The translations under genes and the position numbers were made by a program. The notes under the pieces were generated by a model. That model saw nothing but the letters and a program-made list of their open reading frames with translations, made no database searches and had not been told where the DNA came from. Positions 16,220 to 27,600 of a DNA stretch of 64,000 nt are shown in pieces. Within the stretch, counting starts at the first letter, position 1; every line of letters starts with the position of its first letter. Origin of the DNA: Antedon mediterranea (Eukaryota > Animalia > Echinodermata); contig NC_092672.1 of the NCBI RefSeq assembly GCF_964355755.1, positions 14,074,001 through 14,138,000 on the forward strand, given 5' to 3'.

Positions 16220-19200
16220 ATGGCGTCCAGAAGGTAAATAAATTGCTTATTTCTACCGCGCGCTCCGCTCCTATCTCCTAACTACCTAGGCTAGCTAGGG
16301 CCTAGCTAGGCCTAGCCTCCTACTACCTAACTAGGCTAGGCCTATCTTCACCTAGCTAGGCTACTACTAACTCTAGGCTAGGGGTCCTTCCTAGACTTAC
16401 TTACCTAGGCCTAGGCTCTAACCCTAGGCTTAGTTACATCTAGCCTCTAGTGGGGACTCCTAGTATTACTTTTAGTATTAGTGTGCTGCCTGCTGGGTGG
16501 GGGTTGCTGGATTTAATAATACAAACTAGCCTAGGCCTAGAGGTAGGCCTAATAACTGTCTGTTGCCCCCCTCTCTGCCTACAGTACCACTGACTATCTA
16601 CTAACTAGCTAGGCTATTTACTACTCAGTAGACTAAATAATAGCCTAGCCTAGGTTTACTTTTTTAAGCAGTATAAAAATGTTGTGTGTCATACTCATAC
16701 CTTATGTTATGAATACCATGATTGTCAATCAAAAATATGACTTTGCTTTAGGTGACCATGACGCACCCATGTTAATGTAATGTGACCATGTTGTTTATGA
16801 TATGGGGGGTGGTAAATTGACGAAAATTAACCTGTACCGTGACCATTGTTCATTGATTCATCTAGATTACCCCTGAGTCAATAATTATTTGTAAATGACG
16901 CACCTCTTCTAGGGGTCATATAGTGGGTCATACTAATCTATTGACAAAGTACAAAGTATTCCTGAAAACCTTTTTGTTAGCTTCTAAGTTCAAAGGTTTC
17001 CCTCACGTTTTTATATTTAGAACATGCATTTTCATAAAAAAATTAGTTTTAACCTTACCAAAAAACACTCAGCATTCATGAACAGAAATGTGATATTGAA
17101 CAATTTGAAACTATTACTTTCAATCTGAATCAAACTATACTTTACAATCAGTCCATTGATTTTGACCAGGAATGCTTGCATAATAATTTCTTACAAAGCA
17201 GATCCCATTTTTATTGAACACAAATGTGTGTTCCTTACTGTACCAATGATATATGATAAAGAATTTGGTCTTTGAGATTCTAGGAACATTTACATGGTCA
17301 ACACTGAAGACCACAAGAAGTTTATGGAATTACACTAAAATGATGTTCATTCTGTCTCACAATCATCAATGTGATTCAGAGTTTACTTACGAATGTAAAG
17401 AAGTACATTAGTATAACTAACCATTTATTATACTAAACTGTACTGCTAGAAATATTCAAAAGTGTGTTACATTGATTTGTTTTTATTAATTCTTTTATTC
17501 AGCTAAAAACCTGAAATAAATGCAAATTTATTACAGATGTATTGTTGTCCCCCAAAAACATGAAAAATGAAGATTAATAAAATAAAGACTTTGAATAGGC
17601 CATTTCACAGTTTTAATAAAGTTAATCACTTCCATAGAAATAAAAAACTTTAAAATTATATTGCTTTCACTTTATAAATACACAAAATAAATGTTTAAAT
17701 TCAACCAAAAACCTATTGACTTCCAGTCAATAGACTATTTTTAAATTACAATTTTTACAGTAAATAATGTTTTTTTCGATCCAATTTTAGTAGTGAATAA
17801 CTACTGTATTATGTCGGGGACAACTTGTCTTTAATATTCAAAAACAAATGTTTGTTCTTTAAAATAAGATGTAAATCCAAATAAGCATTAAAGTTTCTTT
17901 TAAATAAATGTGGTTTTTTTTTCAATTTTCTATTGTTTTCAATAAAATGTACCCTAATAATACTTGTAATTGGTCATTTACTGTATTGGTGAGAGTTTAT
18001 GTAAGACATAGAGATGCAAAAGGTAAGCCTTATGCAATTGGTGAGAGTTTATGTAAGACATAGAGATGCAAAAGGTAAGCCTTATGCAATTGGTGAGAGT
18101 TTATGTAAGACATAGAGATGCAAAAGGTAAGCCTTATGCAATTGGTGAGAGTTTATGTAAGACATAGAGATGCAAAAGGTAAGCCTTATGCAATTGGTGA
18201 GAGTTTATGTAAGACATAGAGATGCAAAAGGTAAGCCTTATGCAATTGGTGAGAGTTTATGTAAGACATAGAGATGCAAAAGGTAAGCCTTATGCAATTG
18301 GTGAGAGTTTATGTAAGACATAGAGATGCAAAAGGTAAGCCTTATGCAATTGGTGAGAGTTTATGTAAGACATAGAGATGCAAAAGGTAAGCCTTATGCA
18401 ATTGGTGAGAGTTTATGTAAGACATAGAGATGCAAAAGGTAAGCCTTATGCAATTGGTGAGAGTTTATGTAAGACATAGAGATGCAAAAGGTAAGCTTTA
18501 TGCAATCAGTATACTTTAGTTGCAATAGTTGCAATGATTCAACTAAATGTATGTTAAGTGACCTGATTTTTGAGTCATCAAAATGAGTCAACGTCTTTCT
18601 GTTTCATACTATAGTTTTGATTTTTTTAATATTAATTTACACAAAAAAAATCACAAAGAAATTATAGATTTTGAAGAAGATTTGTTTACTTTCAAAGTAT
18701 GTAATAAATAAAAACATGCAGGCTCTTTTTTTTTCAATACAACATGTATAGTAGTGAATTCATCTTTTGTTAATGAGGAAGTAAAGTGTTAATTTTATAT
18801 TTCATTTCTGTATTATTGTTTGTACAGTACGAACATTATATAAGTTAGTAAGTATTTTTACAATTGATTCACTTTTGTACATTTTGTTGGATATAATTCA
18901 AGAGGCCCTTGCTGTTAGTGTTAGGTTTATGTGTACTATATTATTAATAATGTTTAATAATCAACATTAATTTTTCAGTAATCAGTACTGTATGCACTCT
19001 GTTAATGTAAATATTTGATGTAATTTCCTGGTATTAAGTAAAAAAACTCAATGCATGACATGATGAGATGTCCATAATGAACATTTCAAGACAAGATAAA
19101 ACAACATACAGTAGAAGTGTCGAAATGCAACCAACAATAAAGGACTTGCTAATAACTATACCAGTAAATCAAAATGCAACCAACAATAAAGGACTTGCTA

Positions 19201-21638
19201 ATAACTATACCAGTAAATCAAAATGCAACCAACAATAAAGGACTTGCTAATAACTATACCAGTAAATCAAAATGCAACCAACAATAAAGGACTTGCTAAT
19301 AACTACACCAGTAAATCGGAGATTGACACAAATATGTTGAGAAGATAGACCAGCAGCGGTTCCCTTGGCAGTTTATACTTTCACTTTTTGCAAAGTTATG
19401 CGATAATAAATGCAAACAGGGTATAGACCAATAGACCAATCTCTAAGATTTAAAGACACTGTGAACAGTACAAGTACTGTACTACAATCTGATAAATGCA
19501 TTTGTCTTAGTAAGACTATTATTACTGACAGTATTTAACAATGTCGTGCTTAAATGTATTACATTACAAGTTTAATTATATGTTAAAAGTTTATCATCTA
19601 ATAGTTGCTAGTAGCACTGGTGTACAAGTAGGCTTGGCTGAATCAGGAAGTACCATCAGTTATTAAGGATGTCTCATGATCAGTTGTTTGGCAATTTATA
19701 CACAAGGAATAAGGAAGTTAAAAACTAAACAAGAAATATTTCTTACAAAAAACGCCGCGTAATTTTTTGACTGGACAGTTGTAAGAACAGTCTTCATTAA
19801 TCTAATATAATAGGTCGGCCAATCAAAACGCAAGTGAACAATTGGGACTTTACTAATTGTGATTTATGTCATTGGCCTGTCAGCACAGTCGTTTCTTTCT
19901 AGAATTAAACGCACAAACTTGTATTGGGAATAATGTATGTGGTTATTACTATCGCATTTAGGTATTGATAATAATAATAATATGGCTTTTGAATATATAA
20001 TTACTGTCTGTAGAATAACATTTATACATTTTTGGTTCGCGATGAAAAGTTATATGAATGGATTTGTAATAGGTATTTATAATAATAGTATATGGGTTGT
20101 ATTATTGCTAAGCTATCACCAAATCGCGTTATAACATTATTTCTCAGGGTTTTTTGCACCATTGATCAATACCAAACGCGTATCGGTATTATAGTTTTTA
20201 ATGAATCATTACATTAATAAAAATATCCAATTAAATCAATCGCGTCAGTCCAATTCCGACTTATGTTTCGATCACATAGTTCTCTGTCTACACTGTCCCA
20301 ACTAGTTTAACAAAAAAAGTGTGATGTGCCCAAATATGGTAGTGATATGCCCGAATATCGTAGTGATATGACATCGTCATGTCTATATAATATGGGCACA
20401 TCATATTTAGTTTGATAGTATAGACAGAGCTTAAGGATTATATTAAAAAAATATTTTTATTTATTTGTTTATAAGCCCAATTTTCCAGTCTTAATTTTAC
20501 ATTTTGAAAAAAAGTATTTATTTGTTTATAAGCCCAATTTTCCAGTCTTAATTTTACATTTTGAAAAAAAATTATTTTATTTGTTGATAAGCCCAATTGT
20601 GCAGTCTTATTTTACATTTTGAACGAAAGTATTTATTTGTTGATAAGCCCAATTTTGCATTCTTATTTTACATTTTAAATGAAAGTATTTATTTGTTGAT
20701 AAGCCGAATTTTCCAGTTTAATAATAATGACCCCTTCCACAGTGCTTATACCATATACATTTTACATGATATTGACCGTGGGTTCTTTACGCCTCTGATG
20801 CATTTGTTTTTATTGTACCTTTTTAATAAATTATTATATGTTTAGGCCTAATCACACCCAATTTAATGAAACGGTCAGATTCCGATTTCAATTGAACGAA
20901 AGTAGTACTGTATTTATTATTCATTGATAAGCCAAGGGTCCCATGGCGTTAGCTGATATCTTGAGCATTTGACTCTTGTATGAACCTGTAACACAAATCA
21001 TTCTTCAAAATCTAAAGAAAGAACCTCACACGTCTTTTTTGTGAGTGATACACTATGGATATGCCCACGGAAATAATATGTGGACATTGCAAACAATCAT
21101 AGGCCTACAGTAACAAACATAGAATGGCTAATAAGCATAACATTCAGACTTGCTTGTTTTCTAGTGGATTTTTATTTACTTTAGCATGTAGAATAAAACT
21201 ATTAACAGTGGCTATATTAATAATTATACTGATTATCCTTGATGTTACCGCGTCTAATAATAAAATATTTTGTTGTTGATAAGCCCAATTTTTCAGCCTT
21301 GATTTTACATTTTGAACGAAAGTATTTATTTGTTGATAAGCCCAATTTTGCAGTCTTAATAATGACCCTTCCACAGTGCATTTTACATGATATTGACCGA
21401 GGGTTTTTACGCCTCTATAGCCACTGATCAATACCATAATTAATGTACTTTTTTAAATGAATATTGAAATGTTTCAACATACCCAATTAAAAAAAACGGT
21501 CCGTTTTCGAGTTCAATCTTTTGATTAGAGAGGTTGGAGTTTCATTTTGAACGAAAGTATTTATTTGATTGATAAGCCAAATTTCTAGTCCTAATGATTT
21601 GAGATTCAACGGGTTTTGCTTTCAATTGTATAATAATA

Positions 21639-21677
<39 letters not shown>

Positions 21678-24600
21678 GTATAATTATGAATTCACCAACA
21701 CTTTCAGGCCCGGGCCCGAGTTTGTGTAGACCAGACTTCCATGCACAGCCACATGTTAAGGAATATGAATCTCTTTATGATTTTAATATGGTTCGAAATG
21801 ATATTACACAACAACAATTAGACAGCAACTGTGCAAGAGTCCAACTAATAAAATCGGAATGATCAATTAATTGAACATTTACAGCATAAGGCCCATACAC
21901 TAGGACAATAACGATCGACGATAAATAGACAAATGTGCATTTTTAATACATAAACCAAAAGAAATATAAACAATTCCTTTGATGAAAATTATATTTTCAC
22001 ACGTCCAATCAAATGACGTCATGATTAGTAAGACCAATAATTTCGTGACAATACAGCGATTTTATTGTTTTTATTTATCATGACGTCATTTGATTGGAAT
22101 TTGAAAAACATTATTTTTATCAAAGACAGCATAAATGATTATCCTATAGGTCTAGAACGAAAACCTTTCTAATTTCTTTTGGTTTATGTAAAAAAATGCA
22201 TGCTTATATATTATCGTCCGTCGTTATCGTCATAGTGTTATTGGGCCTTTATACAAAAAAAAAATAAATTGATTACGAAGTTACATGCCATTTTCACCTA
22301 TCACCAAAAAACTAACCTTTTCAACACTAATTAATTGTTACGAAGCCAATTTATATTATATATTTCAATAAAACTGAACTTTACGGTAAATGAAGAGTAA
22401 GTATCAGTTAATATGAATAATATAACTAGTAGGTCTATGAACTTGCGTCCAGACACAGAACTGTAACATTACTATCATAAATGTTGAAACCACTTATAAA
22501 ACCTTTTTTTAAAGAAAATATAATTGTGCTAGGAGAAGGCTAATAAACAAATAGATAATGTAGGCCTACAAACCTTTTTCTGGATTAATTAATGGAGCAG
22601 GCGTTCCTAATAATCTGCTGCTGCTACCTAGACTGATTGTTCACCTTCTGACGATAATTGATTGGACCTACCCCCCCCCCCCCCCCCCACGGCATCTGAT
22701 AACCAAAAAAAAATTTACCAGGACTGTTTCAATGATTTAATATCTGACGGCGTATTATTATAACATTGGCCTAGATTGACAGTCATAAAAAAGAAAGTCA
22801 TTGTAAATACTTCCCTTTATGTTGACAGAGCCAAAATAAAGTTTTGACCATTATCGAATGATTATTTGACAGTGACTTATTATAATACCGGCCTGGTTGA
22901 CAGCAAAAACGAAGTTATTATTTATTAAACAAGATTTTACAGATTTCCGTCTACATCTCAATAATACTGTATTATCAGCAAAGGCTTTCATATAGACTCT
23001 CTTCTCCCAGACGTTTTTTGGGTCCAGCAGCTACCTATAAATTATAGTCGAGTTTCCAAATTCACAAAACTGTCAGCCTTAGATACTAAAGCTACCGCTA
23101 TGAAACAGCTTATTAATTAATGTGTCCTCCTGGGACATAGCTGGCTAGAGCCGCGGCGCGAAAAAGAGTTAGAAGATCTAGGGAAACTTAGGCCTGTAGT
23201 AGTGCGAGTTGACATGCCACTTGATTACCATACACAGTACATTGTGTCACAAGTTACTGTGTGAACATTATGTTCAATAAAACCTTTCCTTGTTTATTTC
23301 AATTGGTATCATTTGTTAATGTTAATAATTGTATACAGATTTAATGTGTTTTGTTGGACAATTTGGAATCATAAATTTAAATGTTTGAGCATTGTTTGCA
23401 TTGTGAGATGCAAAGTGTATATTCTTTAAGTAAATAAAAGACCTATATTAGAACATTAGTTCCCACAGTGCAAAATAAGCCAGAATGTCAATGTTTAGAT
23501 ATTGATAATGATTGTACTTTTGCAATGGCCTACACATTTATTTGACATAAATAATTTTAAAACACGGTTTAGACTTTGTTTCTGGTTGATTAAAGTTAAA
23601 CAAATTTTGTTTTTAGGTGGTTTCACCCAAACATTTCTGGATTAGATGCGGAGCAACTTTTGTTACAACGAGGTTTTGATCGTAGTTTTTTATGTCGTCC
23701 AAGCAAAAGCAACCCCGGTGATTTCACATTATCTGTCAGGTATGTGCCAAATGTAACAATAATTCAATCAATGTGATAATTTTCTTTTATTGATTATGAA
23801 AGTGTCAGATTAATATTTCTTTCCATTATTCATTGGATGATTGTTTTATTTCAAAATTTAAAAAATGTATTGACAAACATGTAGCCACTAAATGTTATAT
23901 TATTACTTTAAATAGTGTAAGAAAGTGGTAATGATAATTGTAACCATTTAAAAAAAAATTATTCAAAATGTGTCTGTGATATTTGTATTTTCGTTTGTTT
24001 GGATAACAGGATAATAGCAGGATAATGTCAAAACTAAAAGACGGATCTTTACCACATTTAAACCACATACTGTAGATATATATGTGGTCTCACGGACCAG
24101 GATCCCAATTATGAACCACTTTTAGGCCCTCAGATGAAGGCCAACTTTTTGTGGTTACCAACTGAAAACTACATAACTTTTATATAACATTAACAATTAA
24201 ACATAATATCATTATGTTTGGCCAACACTTTAGTTCGGTATTTTAAATAGAAATTCAAAAACATGTTTAATTTTGGAAGTCAACACCTGGCGGAGATATG
24301 TGATCGTTGCTTTAATGTTTTTGTTCTATATAACTGTTTAGTTATATAAGTCCAGTTGACTAGGTCTATTCCTTGCAAAATGTTAATGTAACTTAAATAT
24401 ATCTTTGATATAAAAAGGAGGAATGATGAAATTACTCATATAAAAATACAGAGCACAGGTGACTACTATGATCTTTACGGAGGTGAAAAGTTTGCTACTC
24501 TAGCTGAGTTGGTACAGCATTATACAGAAGGACACAATCAACTTAGAGAACGTAATGGGCTTGTTATAGAATTAAAATTTCCACTTAATTCAGCTGATCC

Positions 24601-27600
24601 AACAACTGAAAGGTATGTAAAAAAATAAGTAATTTGTTTTGGTGAATTAGTATGTTATATATTATACAAATAATACATCTTTTATTAATTGCTTTTATTA
24701 TTCATTGATGTCGTTTAAGACTAATCAGAGCTGAATCAATGCCTGTTTGGAATTACTGCACAGTCTTCCTTAAACAAGCTTTGTACCAGTTTTGAATCGG
24801 TACCCTGTCAATACTTTGTGTGTCATTACCACAGTCTTCCTTAAACAAGCTTTGTACCAGTTTTGAATCGGTACCCTGTCAATACTTTGTGTGTCATTAC
24901 CACAGTCTTCCTTAAACGAGCCTTGTACCAGTTTTGAATCGGTACCCTGTCAATACTTTGTGTGTCATTACAACAGTCTTCCTTAAACAAGCCTTGTACC
25001 AGTTTTGAATCGGTACCCTGTCAATACTTTGTGTGTCATTTTAAGATAATTACTACTGTACAAACCCTAATGTGGTTTGTGGCAATTTTGCTTCTATTCT
25101 TGTTATAAACAGTGCACAAAGGTTTGCTGATTAATATTTAACAGAGGCAGTTCAAGTCAACTCTAGTGGTCTGGCATTGTAACAGTGAACCCTCCAAACA
25201 CTTCCACATATTTTATTTTATTAACCATAAATAGGACTTTCTGACATAAGAAAAGTGTTTTAAAATTTTATTTTTAATACTATTTTACACTGAAAATAAA
25301 ATAAATTAAAATAAGTTCTTATAATGTATACCTTTTCCTGGCCAGCATTATCTTTGGGGTGCCCAGTCTTGGTTGTTGTCTCTGAGCACCCGGTCGTCTG
25401 TGGCAAGGCAAATGTGTATCCTGCTCCTTTGTTTGGTCACCTAGGTAGGGGTCCGGGACCGCGACAGAACGACAACGGATGGGGACCCTCCAAAGAAATT
25501 GCATTTTATTTTGTCAGGAATTTGTATGATTTATTTCTTTTTTATTTTTAAATGCGCCTTGAGCACTCTGGAGTGGTATGTGCGCTATAAAAATCTTAAT
25601 TATTATTATTATTATTATATAATTAAAATTTGCAGCATTGTGATTACAATTTTTGCAAGTGACAGTTGACACATACAGTAACAATCCCTAACATAACAAG
25701 CAACACCGCTGTTCTATATGATATCTGCTGATGATACTCTTAGTATAATTGTATGTGAGGGCTAACTAATTTCAACTTTCAGTTCATTAATAAAGTGTAA
25801 ATAATTCTTTTAATCAAACCAATTACGAGAGATTAATTACAAACCAGATGAACATTTACAATCATTTCAGTTCATTATGTTTTTCCAAAGAACTTATAAC
25901 ACAAGAATCTCCTGTTCTTCAATTTGCATTCAAAACACAGTATCGGAAGTACAGGGTTAAAAGGTCAAACGGGGCGATGCCATTTCACAGCATGGAGCAG
26001 CGCCCCCTCCAAACTAGGAAGTCAATTACTCTACCCCTCTAGAGTATTAGCAGATCCCCTCTATGATTTTGACTTTCTAATTTGATGCGGGCGCCCTACT
26101 CCATGGCTCACAATGCCTTTCGAAATTGTTACGCGCTTCGGACGAACAGGAGATTCTTGTGTTATAAGTTCTTTGGTTTTTCCTAAAAGATAGTTTGTTA
26201 GAAGATTTAGATCTATTTGCAACTGTACTACTTTATATGTATTTACTTTTTGTTAAGCATTGACTCATCTAGATTTCATACATTTCGGTAAGAAGTATAA
26301 AGGAAATTGTGCTTGCTATGTTTTTTAATTTAAGCATAGAGAAATAAGTTATACTGTAATAAGTAAATTCCATGATAAGAGTTAATTAAGACCATAAACA
26401 GATGACATTTTTCACAATTCTCTTTTTTTAATTATTAGGTGGTTTCATGGACATATAACTGGAAAAGAAGCTGAAAGATGTTTGACAGAAAAGGGAAGGA
26501 ATGGAAGCTATCTAGTGCGGGAAAGCCACAGCAATCCAGGGGATTTTGTGTTGTCAGTTAGAACAGATGACAAGGTTACGCATGTTATGATCAGATCAAA
26601 GGTAACGATTTCTTTTTAATATTGGTATTGATTCACAAGAATGTTGCTAAATATGAATTAAGATACTTTATACTGTTAATTGTGCAGCACATGTAAATGT
26701 AGTGATATCAATATTAATGTGATGCCGCTGAGCTATAACAGTGATAAGAAAGGTGCGTTTATTCCTCATTATTAATCATTCCTTTATAAGTTTTTAATTG
26801 CTTCCATCTGAATTTAGCGGGCATCGGATGCTGGAGTTGATCGGGCAAGTTTGAACTAATCCTTTGGGACGATTTCACATATATTTGATTGAAATGATTT
26901 ATATGCTACTTTATATACGAATTTCAATCTATTTTGTCTCACTGAAAAAATGGTCATGTGTACAAGGAAGACTCCATTGTATTAATTACATTACAAAAGA
27001 ATTGTTGACAGAATAGCATTGTAGTCAAAATAAGGTTCTCTTTTGCATGGACTTTAATCCTAGTATTGATTTGGCAGGATGGTCGCTATGATGTTGGTGG
27101 AGGAGAGCAATTTGATACATTGGCTGATCTTGTTGAGCATTATAGGAAGAATCCAATGGTAGAGACATCAGGTTTGGTTGTCCACTTAAAGCAGGTAAGC
27201 CAGCAATAGAGTGATATCAAGCATTGTTGAAAGATTCTAGCTGATGTAAGCGGTTGTAGATTTGGAAAATTGCCAGAAGGCTTATTATTTCTACTAAGTA
27301 ATTAACTAATGATTTATTTTATATTGTATGACCCATGTTGTAAGTGGTATTGTTTTCCAGCCATTCAATGCAACACGTATATCTGCAGCTGGCATTAAAG
27401 ATCGAGTGGATGTCTTAGAACGTGAAATGAGATCAGCAAAAGAAGAAAATGCAAAGGCTGGATTTGAAGAAGAGTTTGAGGTTAAACTTTACTATTGATT
27501 ATTATAATGCATGTTCAGCTTTTTGTAAACATTGTATGCGCTGTCTATAAATGTTCTACTCCGCGTTCAAAATTGAAGAACTGCCTTTTTTAATACTTTT

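Noticed and set aside
17985-18504. Regular repeats as a possible CRISPR array (also 19123, 24759, 62341)
   Set aside because: Units are contiguous with no unique spacers, there are no cas genes, and the context is eukaryotic introns.
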